Below are positions 1 to 11,899 of a DNA stretch of 64,000 nt, piece after piece. How positions within the stretch are numbered: position 1 is the stretch's first letter; every line of letters begins with the position of its first letter. The stretch lies in assembly GCF_004010195.1 (NCBI RefSeq), contig NC_057750.1, forward strand, positions 12,251,144-12,315,143, given 5' to 3'. The position numbers and the translations under genes were made by a program. Under the pieces are notes generated by a model that saw nothing but the letters and a program-made list of their open reading frames with translations, made no database searches and was not told where the DNA came from. This DNA is from Chiloscyllium plagiosum (taxonomy: Eukaryota).

Positions 1-390
1 ATGAGAGCAGAAAGCAGCACCAAATACATCATCAATGTATTGAAGAAAGAGTTTTGTTGGGGGCCCAAGTCTGGCTGAAACAAAGAATATTCCAAATACC
101 TGAGAAAGAGATTGGCATAACTGGGACCCAATGCCACACTTCTGAGTTGGAGAAGATAGGGATGAGTTAAAGAAGAAGTCGCTCAAACTAAGAACAAACT
201 CAGCCTGATGAAGGAAGATGATAATGGATGAAGACTATGCAACCCTCTTCTCAAGGAAGGGGAGGAGATCCTTCAGACCATTCTAATGGGAAAAGACAAA
301 TAGAGATGCGTGTCTATGGTAAAGAGGGGTGGCTAGATCCAGAAAATTGGAAATTGTGGAACTTACGTAAAGCTTCAGAAAAATCATGAA
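1..390 (-). mobile_element. Degenerate Penelope-like element (PLE) reverse transcriptase fragment
   Basis: Minus-strand reading with frameshifts and stops gives GLKDLLPFLEKR...AEFVLSLSDFFFNSS..., resembling PLE RT GLxALxFFL...AELVLTLNNFSFNSS. Runs off the window start. Confidence 0.7.
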
Positions 391-1061
391 TTTCTCTCCT
401 CTGTGTGACAGAGGGCCGGGCAGTTGAGTATGTGAGAAGGAACTACAGGAGGTGAGATGCATCTTTTATTTAAAAGTGCCCCTTAACATGGTGAACCCAA
501 GGACTCGAATAAAACTCAAGAGACCAAAACACAAGTCTTGAAGTGGGTATTAATATTTTACCTGGGAGTCAGTGTTTTATCTATTCTGTGGTTGATTAAA
601 TTTTTTTTTTAAATTATGTTGCAGGTGTTAAACTTTCACTGGCTTGTGGAAGGGAGCGAGGTGTTTATGACCTTGTGGTTGGAATAGATACAATTTTTGT
701 CCTGCGTTATCTTATTTGCTTTATATATTTTTTAAGCTTCCAGTGTGGTAGTACAAGTTCTTCACCATTTTGAGAAAGATTTAGGTTCTTTGTGCAAGAC
801 ACAGGTTCTAATTGAGTGTTAAATCCTTTGCGTATACAAATAATAAGCTTTCCATCTGTTTTAGTCCCTCCAGCCCACTGCCACCACATTACAATGTTGG
901 TTTGCTTTGAGGCAACCAGCAAGTGAGTGAACTTGGAATCAAGGTATGTATTTGAATTTTACTTTCCTGAATTGGAGCCAGAAATCTTCTTCACAGCCCC
1001 CAGATTTAAAAAGAATGCCTTTGGCTCCACTCCCCAAACCAGGTTACTCCATTTCCCCAGT

Positions 1062-1742
1062 GGGGAAAATGGTGGTATAGTGGTATTGTCAGTGGAATCC
1101 AGAAATGCTCTAGGAGCATGGGCTCAAACCCCACCATGGCAGCTGGTGGAATTTGAATTCAGTTGATAAATCTGGAGTTGAAAGCTCTTGGTGATGGTAA
1201 TGATGGCAACTCTAATTCTATAACTAGGGTGGCATGGTGGCTTAGTGGTTAGCACTGCTGCCTCACAGCACCAGGGTCCCAGGTTCAATTCCAGCATCGG
1301 GGCGACTATCTGTGTGGAGTTTGCACATTCTCCCCATGTTTGCATGGATTTCCTCTGGGTGCCCCGGTTTCCTCCCACTTTCCAAAGATGTGCAGGTCAG
1401 GTGAATTGGCAATGCGAAATTGTTAGGTGCATTAGTCAGAGGGAAATGGGTCTGGGTGGGTTACTCTTCAGAGGATCGGTGTGGACTTGTTGGGCCGAAG
1501 GGCCTGTTTCCACACTGTCGGGAATCTAATCTAAAATTACAATTAACTACAGCAATTTTCATAAAAGGACATCAATGTCCTTTCAGGAAGCAAGTCTGCC
1601 TTGTTGCCTGGTCTCAACCACGTGTGGTTCACTCTCAACTACCCTCTGTAATGGCCTAGCAAGCCCGTCAGTTCCAAGGCAGTTGGGGATGAGCAAAAAA
1701 ATGCCAGCCTTGCCGGTGATGCCCACATTCTGAGAAAGAATA
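1062..1742 (+). mobile_element. tRNA-derived SINE, here called family B, interrupted by an HE1 copy at 1227-1535
   Basis: A/B-box-like head GGTGGTATAGTGG...GGGCTCAAACCCC. Its 3' tail GGCAGTTGGGGATGAGCAAAAAAATGCCAGCC...GATGCCCACAT matches LINE family B tails in this window. Confidence 0.75.
1227..1535 (+). mobile_element. HE1-type V-SINE
   Basis: tRNA-like head, V-domain GTGTGGAGTTTGCACATTCTCCCC...TTTCCTCCCAC, CR1-like tail GGGCCGAAGGGCCTGTTTCC and AATCT repeats. Confidence 0.9.
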
Positions 1743-2744
1743 CTTTTAAAATATCCTCACCACAAACACTTGCTTAACTAGCTGCAGATTCCAAGCTCCT
1801 TCTAGACCTGACCTCCAAATTCTGTAATGAATAAACTGCTACCTCCAATAACTTCTGGGCATATTGTTTCTCCAGGGTTCAGGTGACATAGTGTGGAGGA
1901 GGATAGCCACCTTCTGGTCTAACTGGAAGAACCTTGTAGTGTAAGAAAGATGTTGTTTGTTGCAACTCTGCATTATTTACATGTTAAAGGATACCATTTA
2001 CATTATTACAGGAACTGTTAGGAGGACCTGAACTTTGGGCTGACTGGTTCAAGATCCTTAGTTACTATCCTATCTGTCCTAAGTACATCATCGCACCAGT
2101 TGGTGCTATGCTACTTGATCAGTATTAACCCTTTCACGATCTTTCAGTTAAGCTGGAACGTCTGTAAATTTGACACACAGTTCTGCAGGTTGTTGGAGAT
2201 GGTCGTTTAACACATGCTTGGAAGTTCTAAAACAATATTGTGAAAGTACCAAGCCATTGCAACTTGCCTTCCAGGATTGCATGAAGCAAATTGACAATGA
2301 TCTCAGTCTTGTGAGCACCATTCAAATTTACTTTCCTGACATAGTGATGTAAATGCATTCACAGCTGGCAATGTACACATGTAATTTCAGCAAGGATGTG
2401 AGGCAAGGATCCAAAGTTGATGCTGCTGACAATCCTCCACACTCAGTTGTCTAGAATTGGCAATGTGTCTGTTTCTTAATATAAAGGTCACAATCTCCTT
2501 ACAAGGAAGCCTTTTTTTTTAACCCAATCTAGATAGCAATGATACAGGCTGACAGAGTTGTGTTTTTAGATTTTCAATATTTCTTGCTGTCAATGTGGTA
2601 GTCTTTGTGGTAAAATTGCTGCCACGTTATACTAACTTCCGTTTTCATTGCATATTCTGAAGTATGTTTAATTATTTTAATATACATTCTATTTTATGTT
2701 GTCATTTATTTTATCCACAACCAATACTGCTAAGCAAAATATCA

Positions 2745-2910
2745 GCTTCTTTTCATTCTGTTGTTTATGGGATTTTGCTGTTCACAACTGGGTGCTGCTT
2801 TTCCTACATTATAATAGTGACGACACGTCAAAATGAATCAATTGGCAGAAAAGCACTGTATGACATCTGGAGGTCATGAAAGGTGCTTATATAATATATG
2901 CAAGGCTTCC
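2745..2910 (+). mobile_element. SacSINE1-like DeuSINE 3' fragment
   Basis: TTTCCTACATTATAATAGTGAC...ATTGGCAGAAAAGCAC...GAAAGGTGCTTATATAA...TGCAAG matches the tails of other copies in the window. Confidence 0.6.
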
Positions 2911-2938
2911 ATTATTATTCACTGCAATGTAAAAACAT

Positions 2939-3105
2939 TGTGAGTGTAAGGGTGCGTGAGTGTATGCGTGTTCAGGTGTTTATGCATATGTGTTTGTGTA
3001 CGCACACCGACAGATGCCTGTGTGTCTGTGTATGTATATAATATGGATGACTGCGTGCGTGAGTGAAGTGTGCATACTGAATGCATGAGAGTGTGTGCAG
3101 TCACA
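2939..3105. repeat. Degenerate (TG)n microsatellite
   Basis: Interrupted TG/CG/TA alternations. Confidence 0.85.
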
Positions 3106-3289
3106 CTGAGTTATGTTCATAATGTTCCACATTGTTTGCCCAACACCACCACCTTCTAGTAATGGCGACTGTGCTAAATACTGTATCCTGTAAGACACCT
3201 TACTGTAATTAAACTGCAAGTCAAGGTCTTATCTCCTCCCTAAGTCTATTAAAAGTTAGGTACTGGTGCCCTTTGGCTTTATGCTTGCT

Positions 3290-3560
3290 ATCAGATGATT
3301 GACAGATATTCCCGCGAGCCTATATTTTCTTGCCGATGACCTCGTCTGGTTTTTAGCTAGCAACACATTCATGATTAATGGAGTTGTCAGTTCCAGAGCT
3401 GTACAACGGGAGCATTTGGTGATTAACTGTGAAAGTGGCTGACAGAGCAGAAATCTTTTAATCACAAAGGGATGCCCAGTGAATAACCTTTGAACCACGC
3501 GTGGATCTGTGACTGACAGCCTGTCACCTTTTCCCCAGCAAAGAGGAGCAAATGAACTTG
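3290..3560. promoter_or_regulatory. Candidate developmental enhancer (Pbx-Hox/Meis motif cluster)
   Basis: TGATTGACAG 3296-3305, TGATTAATGG 3372-3381, several TGACAG/CTGTCA and CCTTTGAA, all in repeat-free sequence. Motif evidence only. Confidence 0.45.
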
Positions 3561-3954
3561 GTGCCTTGGCACTGAGCAATAACTGTGCATTCTATACCAA
3601 AACAAGACAAGTGGATTGATCTTGACCTCACCTGTCCACTAACGCTCACTGTCCCATCTTTTCACTTTATTTCCCACACCACCTACTCAACTATTCATGG
3701 TATTTCTCAAACCCATCGACCCACCTTTTTATCATTTCCTTAAATCCCACCCATTTTACTGTATCCCTTAATTGCACTTGCTTGTCTCACTTGACAAAAC
3801 TGGTCTTATTGTCCAGTTGATAGTGGAGCTTTGTTCAAAGAGGGTTAGTTGATGGATGTCATTCAGTAATTGCTTGTTAATCCTTTGGAGATTATTCGTT
3901 TGAGGGTCAATGTGACCCACCAATGCTACCCCAATTTGTATCCCAGTGCAGCAT

Positions 3955-4260
3955 CATCCTGCTTCAAAAGCACCTTCCAAAACCATGACCTCCAGCACTT
4001 AACAAGGGCAACAGATACATGGGAGCACTATCACCTGCAAGTTCTCCTTCAAGCCCCTCACTGTCCTGACTTGGAATTATGTCTGTCTCTGGGTCAAACT
4101 GTTTGGATTTCCTGACAAACTGCGCCATGATTGAACCTAAACCACAAGCTACTCAAGAAGTCAGGTCACCACAATCTTTTTGAGGGAAGTGAGGGACAGG
4201 ATATGAATATTGGCCTCACCAGCAATGCCCTGTGAAAAATTCTGTGAAAGTATAAAAATA
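3955..4260 (+). mobile_element. LINE family B (CR1/L2 superfamily) 3' fragment
   Basis: AGCACCTTCCAAAACC...AAGGGCAACAGATACATGGGAGCAC...CTGACTTGGAA aligns by eye with 40330-40650 and 60370-60680. Confidence 0.7.
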
Positions 4261-4420
4261 GAAGAGGGACACATAATCTGCACAGGGACAATAAGTGTTT
4301 TAAGATTATTATTGACAAAACTGGAATATATTTGAGTAACACTTCACTTGAAACTGAATCCAGTAGTTATGACCTCATTTTCAATCATTTCTAATCTGCC
4401 TGGCCATGGATGCTATGACA

Positions 4421-4734
4421 CTTTTTTTTTTAGATTACTTACAGTGTGGAAACAGGCCCTTCGGCCCAACAAGTCCACACCGACCCGCCGAAGCGCAACC
4501 CACCCATACCCCTACATTTAACCCTTTAACCTAACACTACAGGCAATTTAGCATGGCCAATTCACCTGACCCGCACATCTTTGTGACTGTGGGAGGAAAC
4601 CGGAGCACCCGGAGGAAACCCACGCAGACACGGGGAGAATGTGCAAACTCCACACAGTCAGTCGCCTGAGTCGGGAATTGAACCCGGGTCTCTGGCGCTG
4701 TGAGGCAGCTAACCACTGCGCCACCGTGCCGCCC
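4421..4734 (-). mobile_element. HE1-type V-SINE (young)
   Basis: Reverse complement of a full HE1, CpG-rich, with an A-tail. Confidence 0.92.
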
Positions 4735-5173
4735 ACTTTGGAGTGGGTTGACATGAACCTGGTCTCTTGGTTCAGAGGTAGTGACACTACCATTAGTTTA
4801 TATTGGTCCATACATGACTCAAAGAGCTTCACCCCAATTAAGTAAACAAATGCAACAGTCAATTAACATATATTGAGCTGCCACAGATACCAAGCAGATG
4901 ACAAACAATTAATTTGCTTTTTGTTGTTTACCACAGGAGTAGTAAAGGAACAATGGCAAACATTTAGGGAAGTATTTCATAACATTCAGTGAAGGAATAT
5001 TCTATTGAAAAGTAAGGATTGTATCAAATTTGTTGAAAAACTGTATCATCCTGCAAAAATTATTGGTAAGAAGATCAGACAGATTTAAGAAGCAGCAGAA
5101 GGTAGAAGAGGTGGACCTTAGTGGAGAAGTGAAACCTAAACATAAGTATGAAACAAATAGTATGACTTTCTTT

Positions 5174-5431
5174 CCTTGGGTGACTGCATGGAATTTGCAC
5201 ACTCTTGCTGTGTCTGTGTGAGTTTTTGTCAGATGCTGGTTTTCTCCCACAGTTCAAAGATGTGCAGGTCAAGTGGATTGGCCATGCTAAATTGTCCCAT
5301 AGTGTTCAGGGGTATGTAAATAGGTGGATTAGCATGGTAAAGGTAGGGATTGGCTGGGATGTTCGTCAGTGGATCAGTGCAAACTTGATGGGCTGAATGG
5401 CCACTTTCTGCATTGTAGGTATTCTGTGATT
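5174..5431 (+). mobile_element. 5'-truncated, diverged HE1-type SINE
   Basis: V-domain and GGATTGGCCATGCTAAATTG are present; the head is missing. Confidence 0.75.
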
Positions 5432-5459
5432 GCTGGTCCCTTGGAGAGTGTGACTGTGA

Positions 5460-6665
5460 ATTATTGATAGAAAATAAAAGAAATGGTAGATATGCTGAAC
5501 AGGTATTTTATATCTGCCTTTACTATATAAAGACACCGTGAGAATGTCTTGGTAAAAGGATGGAAAGTACTTAAACAATCAGAATGTCTAGGAAAAAAAC
5601 TACTGGGAAAATTATTAAAATTAAAGATAGACAAATCCTCTGGACACAAAGGCCTATATATTCTGGTTTTAAACAAAGTGGATGCAGAGACAGTAGATGC
5701 ATTGTTTGTGAACTTCCAGAATTCTGTAGTTTCTAGAAAGGACAAAGTGAGGACTGCAGATGCTGGAGATCAGAGTCAAGAGTGTGGTGCTGGAAAAGCA
5801 CAGCAGGTCAGGCAGCATTCAAGGAGCTGGAGAATCAACATATCGGGCAAAAGCCCTTCATCAGGAATTCCTGTACCATACCCTCGACTTTAGTTTCTGG
5901 AAAGATCCCATTGGAATGGAATTTTTTAAATATAACCTAATTATTGAAGAAGTGGGGAGGCAGAAGGCAGATTAGGCCTGTTAGTCCAATATCTGTCATA
6001 GATAAAATACTAGAATTCAATATCAAGGAGGTAATAATAATACATTTCAAAACAAATGAGAGAATAAGGAAGAACCAACGTAGATATGAGAAAGGAAAAT
6101 CAATGCTGACTAACTTATTAGAGCCCTTTGAGGAAATAACAGTGTGGATAAAGGGAAACCTGTAGGTGAATCTGGATTTCCTAAAGACTTTTGAGAAGGT
6201 CTGACATCAAAGGTTACTGCATAAGAAAGTGGTTTAGTGTGTAAAATATTAGCATATACTAGCGATAAACAGGTTTTGTTTGTGTTATCAAACTGTAATG
6301 AATGGAGTGCCACAAGAATCTGTGCTGGAGTCTTAAATATTTGCCATCGATATGAATGATATGGATGAGGCACCAAATGTATGGTAGCTGAGTTTGCTGA
6401 TGGTACAAATATATGAAGGATGTTAAGTTGTTAAGGGATCATAAAGAGTTTGCATGTTTGACCTTAATGCAAAGGCAATGAAGCATATAGTGGGGAAATC
6501 TTGCTCTAGCTGTGTAGGCATTGCTGAGTATTCACCTGGGGTACTGTGCTGTTTTGGACATGTGAAGAGGAATGTGCTTGCATTTGAAGCAGTTCAGATA
6601 ACCTTCACTTGACTAATTCCCAAAATGAAAGAGTTGAGAGGTTGAGCATGTTGGAGTTTAGAAGT
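5460..6665 (+). mobile_element. Decayed CR1 LINE ORF2 (RT) fragment
   Basis: Pieces LLKLKIDKSSG, RPVSPISVIDKILE, KGKSMLTNLLEPFEEIT. Interrupted by a PLE-derived insert at ~5741-5890. Confidence 0.85.
5744..5868 (-). mobile_element. Short PLE-derived (pLTR-like) element with degenerate hammerhead core
   Basis: Minus strand CTGATGAAGGGCTTTTGCCCGATA. Flanked by TAGTTTCTAGAAAG (5727-5740) and TAGTTTCTGGAAAG (5891-5904). Confidence 0.8.
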
Positions 6666-7575
6666 CAGACATCGGACAGCTTTAATATGAAACCTCCAGG
6701 TTGTGTCCTATCTGAATCGCAAACCCGATATGCCTTCAGCAGATCACAATATTCTATGTGTGCAGTATCCTGTCAGAATGAGGATCACATTTGCTCATGC
6801 TAATAAACTTCACATAAAGTCTTTTGGTATAGGGAGGTTGTAGATTTGCAGCTGTTATAGAATTCTGTGACCAAGAAACCCTTCTGCATATCTCCTGCAA
6901 CAGTTATCTCATATGGATTTTCAGATTGATAATCTGGCTGCTTGGTGATACTGAGGTGGATCTTCTAGCCCAGAGGTGGAGGCAAAACCACTTCTCCAAA
7001 AGGCCTGTGTGTATGACTGAGTAGTGTGGGCTCTGTCCATGGTGCTGAAATCGATTATCTCTGCAGCCTTTATTGTATTTGGGGAGAAAGAATTCCTAGT
7101 ATTTAGTGGTATATCGTGTTGCATCGCCTTGAAACACACTTCATCCAGCCAATTGCCTTGAAATGTTGCTGTAAAAGTAAAACCAAACCAAACTTAAATG
7201 GTATCTCATGGATAGCAAGTGACTGGTTAAACTGTTTTGATTTGATATATACTGTATATAGGGAAATGGTTGGCCAGGATACTGAGCGACTATTATTCAT
7301 TGGATATTGATGTGTTTTCAAAGCATGCTTGACCACTGGTATTGGCAGGCAGGACCTAAGTTTAACATCTAACTTATTAGGCACCAAGCAGCAATACAGT
7401 GCCTCCAAAGTGGTGTACCGAAAAGGCTGCTGAGTAGAACTGACAGAGATACTTAAGAGTAAATAGAATTCGCTTATGTCTTTGTATCTGCCCCAGTTCC
7501 TTTTAAAAGGATTGACAAGTTCACTCTCCATTCTCATTTGAAAGACTCAGTTGGCCTTGCATCTATCATACTCTC

Positions 7576-8950
7576 AGAGTCATAGAGTCATGGAGATACA
7601 CAGCAGGGAAACAGACCCTTCCGTCCAACTCGTCTATGCCAACCAGATATGCTAACCTAATCTAGTCCCATTTGCCAGCACTTGTCCCAAACCCCTCTAA
7701 CCCCTTCCTAATTCATATATCCATCCAGATGCCTTTTAAATGCTGTAATTGTACCAGTCTCCACCACTTCCTCTGGCAGCTCATTTCATACATGCACCAC
7801 CCTCTGTGAAAAAGTTGCCCCTTAGGTCCCTTTTATACCTTTCCCCGCTCACCCTGAACCTATGCTCTCCACTTCTGGACTCCCCCACCACAGGGGAAAG
7901 ACCTTGTCTCTTTATCCTATACATGCCCCTCATGATTTTATAAACCTCTATAAGGTCACCCCTCAGCCTCTGAATTTGCAGGTAAATCCAGCCTATTCAA
8001 CCTCTCCCCCTCGCTCAAATCCTCCAACCCTGGCAACATCCTTATAAATCTTTTCTGAACCCTTTCAAGTTTCACACCATCCTTCTGGTAGGTGCAATAT
8101 TCCAAGAGTGGCCTAACCAATGTCCTGTACAACATGACCTCCTAAGGCCTATACTCAGTGCAGTGATCAATAAAGGAAAGCATACCAAACGCCGCCTTCA
8201 CTATCCTATCTACCTGTGACTCTTACTTTCAAGGAACTATGAACCTGCACTCCAAGGTCTCTTTGTTCAGCAACACTCTCCAGGACTTTACCATTAAGTG
8301 TATAAATCTTGCTCTGATTTGTTTTTCCAAAATGCAGCACCTCGCATTTATCTAAATTAAATTTCATCTGCCACTTCTCAGCCCATTGACCCATCTGATC
8401 AAGATCACGTTGTGCTCTGAGGTAACCTTCTTTGCTGTCCACTACACTTCTAATTTTGATGTCATCTGCAAACCTACTAACTATACCTCCTATGTTCACA
8501 CCCAAGTCATTTATATAAATGCTGAAAAGCAGTGGACCCAGCACTGATCCTTGTGGCATACCAGTGGTCACAGGCCTCCAGTCTGAAAAGCAACCCTCCA
8601 CCACCACACTCTGAATTCTACCTTTAAGCCAGTTTTATATCCAAATGGCTAGTTCTCCCTGTATTCCATGAGATCTAACCTTGCTAATCAGTCTACCATG
8701 AGGAACCTTGTCGAATGACTTACTGAAGTCCATATTCATCACGTCTACCATTCTGCCCTCATCAATCCTCTTTGTTACTTCTTCAAAAAACTCAATCAAG
8801 TTTGTGAGATATGATTTCCCATGCACAAAGCTCTGCTGACTATCCCTAATCAGTCCTTGCCTTTCCAAATCCATGTAAGTCCTGTCCCTCAGGATTCTCT
8901 CCAGCAACTTGCCCACCACTGACATCAGGCTTACCGTCTATCATTCCCTG
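7576..8950 (-). mobile_element. HER1/CR1 LINE, 5'-truncated (RT plus 3' UTR)
   Basis: ORFs contain GMPQGSVLGPLLF, FADDIK, MDFSKSFDKVPH. 3' tail of (ATGACTCT)n type. Confidence 0.95.
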
Positions 8951-9169
8951 TGCATTCAAGATGTGAATTAATTGTTACGTTAAAAAAATTTCTCCTCATA
9001 TCATCATTGGTTATTTTGCAACTACCTTAAATCCATACAGCCCGCTGGTTCCCAATCCTCCTGTCAATGGTATCAGTTTCTCTCTCTTATTACTACTCTG
9101 TCCAGATTCCTCGTGATTTAAATATTTCTATCAGATCTCCTCACAACGTTCTCTACTCCAACATAGATC

Positions 9170-9478
9170 TATGAAAGGGAATTCAATATTCATTAACATA
9201 TTAGAGCCATTTGAGGAAATTACGAGCATTGTGGGTAAAGGGGGACCTGTGGATAAACTTGGATTTCCAAAAGGTATTCAAGAAGGCCCTATATCAAAGG
9301 TTACTGCATAAGACATTCTGCCATGAAACAGATAGATCTTTCTTTCTCTCTCATTCCAGTGGTCCCAGTCTGCCTCAGTGATTCTGATCTCCTTCTGGTC
9401 TACTTTATACTAGGATAAACATGTTATTTTTACGTTGGCAAGCTGTAATGAGTGGTGTGCCACAAGGGTCAGTTCTAG
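9170..9478 (+). mobile_element. CR1 RT fragment carrying a 98-bp foreign patch
   Basis: LEPFEEITS...LDFQKVF lies before the patch and WQAVMSGVPQGSVL after it. Confidence 0.8.
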
Positions 9479-9994
9479 AATCTTGCTTTGCTACTCCAAC
9501 TGGAACATCTCCACTTTACCAAAACAAGAAACACAAACATAAGGTTGCTGGGGAAATACAGCAATTGTTGGAGCCGCACTCATTCAGGCAAATGGGAAAT
9601 ACTCCTGATTTTTGCTTGTACTTGGTGAACAAGATTTAGAGATCGGGGGAGTGAATTCTCTCTGCAAACCTCCTAGTCTTTGACATGCTCTTGTAGCCAT
9701 AGCTTTTATTGAATTAGTTCAGTTCAATTTCTGGTCTAAAGTGACCCCAGGATGTTGATGCTAAAGGGTTCATCTCGAAATTAGTCTAAGTAACTGGCCT
9801 TTAAACGTCTTCCTACTGACACTTGATTCACTCAAAAGTGAAAGCTTTGAAGTAAGGTAAACAAAACTATAGTACACACCAAATAGTTAACATATGGACA
9901 TTCTGCCATGAAACAGATAGATCTTTCTTTCTCTCTCATTCCAGTGGTCCCAGTTTGCCTCAGTGATTCTGATCTCCTTCTGGTCTACTTTATA
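9312..9994 (+). repeat. 98-bp direct repeat (9312-9409 and 9897-9994)
   Basis: GACATTCTGCCATGAAACAG...CTACTTTATA occurs twice with one mismatch. Confidence 0.95.
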
Positions 9995-10205
9995 GTGATC
10001 CTGACTTGATTGCCACTCCTCTTGATCTACTTCATAGTGAATCTTGCTTGCTTCCCATTCCTCCTTGTCTGCTTTGCATTAATCCTGACTTTCTTCATTT
10101 CTATCTCTTTAGCAATGTACCTTTTCTGCCTCATACTCCTCCCTTTCTGCTTCACACTGATCCTGACCTGTGTCACACTCTTCCCAGTCTGCTTCACTCT
10201 GCTGC
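9945..10205. repeat. Degenerate pyrimidine-rich minisatellite, unit ~40 bp
   Basis: Recurrent TCTGCTTCACACTGATCCTGAC-like motif. Confidence 0.6.
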
Positions 10206-10458
10206 ACATTCCTTCCAGCGTGTTAGCTTGCTGAAGTTCCTTGCACAGGACTGATTGGATTCTATTAATTAGCATAATTTGAACAAAAGATTGCTTTGAA
10301 ATTTTGCCCCTCTGTCTTATTGTCCGGGAATTCATTACAGTGAACTCATTATAAGCATCAACGGCAAAGAAACGACTCTTTGCCAGTGATTTGCAGAGAC
10401 TGGCTCTGCATCTTGCAGTTCTTTGGATAGATTGTAAATATTGTTAGGAGTACGCAAT

Positions 10459-10842
10459 CAGTTCCTGGACCTTCCCGTGGCTTGCCACTTCAACACACAA
10501 TCCTGCTCCCATGCCCACATGTCTGTCCTTGGCCTGCTGCAATGTTCCAGTGAAGCTCAACGCAAACTGGAGGAACAGCATCTCATTTACCGACTAGGCA
10601 CGTTACAGCCTGCCGGTCTCAACATTGAGTTCAACAACTTCAGATGATTATCCCTCACCTCTTTATGGCTACCTTTGCTTCTGGAGCCATGACTCACCTT
10701 CTCTCAGCCTAGTATAAATACCTCCCTATTTCTCCTTTTTTTAGCTTTGACAAAGGGTCAGTTAGACTCGAAACGTCAGTTCTTTTCTCTCCTTACAGAT
10801 GCTGCCAGACTTGCTGAGATTTTCCAGCATTTTCTCTTTTTT
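10459..10842 (+). mobile_element. Penelope-like element 3' end: GIY-YIG C-terminus, 3' UTR and pLTR
   Basis: DLPVACHFN...RKLEEQHLIYRLGTLQPAGLNIEFNNFR*, followed by a pLTR-type sequence. Confidence 0.9.
10743..10781 (+). ncRNA. Minimal type I hammerhead ribozyme-like motif (variant core)
   Basis: AGCT-TTGACAA-A-GGGTC-AGTTA-GACTC-GAAA-CG-TC-AGTT. Stems I and II pair; the core deviates from CUGANGA at two positions. Confidence 0.65.
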
Positions 10843-11511
10843 GTTAGGAGTAGAGATGGTGAACAGTGCTGGGAGGAGGGTTAAGTGATGCCAAGGTGAA
10901 CTGAACAATGTCTGAGATGTAGGGGTAAAGAAAGACAGCATGGGATCCACTGACTTGCTTTCATTTTAAGTACAAATCTCCTATGGGAGTTTATCCTATA
11001 AATAGGACCTGTTTAAGGTCAGGTAATGGTTTTCAAATGAACACAGAGGCCATTTCAGCTTTGTATCCTCATTTAAATCTTACCTGCTTTCCTCGTTCAG
11101 AAGGAGAATGATTACATTTGAGAATAATCACACTTTGAGGGAAACAGAATATACATGTTGTAATCTAGTTCTTAAAATAAGACTCCCATACGACCCCTAA
11201 ATGTTAATGACCATGGTCCTTACCTGCATTTAACTCAATTATTTCAGGCTGAACAGATATCCTGTGGTAACTTCAAGGAAGGAGGGAAATAAAAATCAAC
11301 AGGAGCTTGGGCAGCTGATGGCTCTCTGGTCACCCTCGCTAATAGTCTATTGAGTGTGTGACCTGGAAGAGGCCACTTTCAACTGAACTGAGATTACCTC
11401 CATCAATGGATAGCCTGCAAACACCAACTAGGCTAATGGTGGATGAAAACCCATGGTAACATACATCATGGAGGTCAGTGCCTTCAGGAAAAAAGGGGAC
11501 TAAAGGGAATT

Positions 11512-11776
11512 CGGTGGCTCAGTGGTTAGCACTGCTGCCTCACAGCACCAGGGTCAATTCCAGTTTTGGGTGACTGTCTGTGTGGGTTTCCTCTGGGTGC
11601 TCCGGTTTCATCCCACAATCCAAAGATGTGCACGCCAGGTGAATTGGCCACGCTAAATTGCCCATAGTGTTAGGTGCATTAGTCAGAGGGAAATGGGTCT
11701 GGGTGGGTTTCTCTTTGGAGGGTCGGTGTGGACGTTTTGGGCTATTCGGCCTGTTCCATATTGTAGGGAATCTAAT
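11512..11776 (+). mobile_element. HE1-type V-SINE with internal deletions
   Basis: Head, partial V-domain and tail are recognisable. Confidence 0.88.
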
Positions 11777-11899
11777 ATGGACTGAAAGAAATGGAATAAA
11801 AGCCTGAGTTGGAAGTGAGCCGAGATGATTATGCTTGAAACCCCTATCCATGTTAATTAGACTAATGCTTCACTTTGTATGGCCTACCTTGCTTTAAAT

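Noticed and set aside
2010..2352. Protein-like ORF pieces after TTACAG
   Set aside because: Short frames, no family resemblance and no coherent exon structure.
7103..7537. 144-aa minus-strand ORF
   Set aside because: No recognisable domain; it overlies what looks like a very decayed DeuSINE.
9945..10205. Repeat-spacer (CRISPR-like) pattern
   Set aside because: Degenerate units with no constant repeat or unique spacers, in a eukaryotic context without cas genes.
10027..10335. Basic 102-aa ORF
   Set aside because: It is a by-product of a low-complexity minisatellite.
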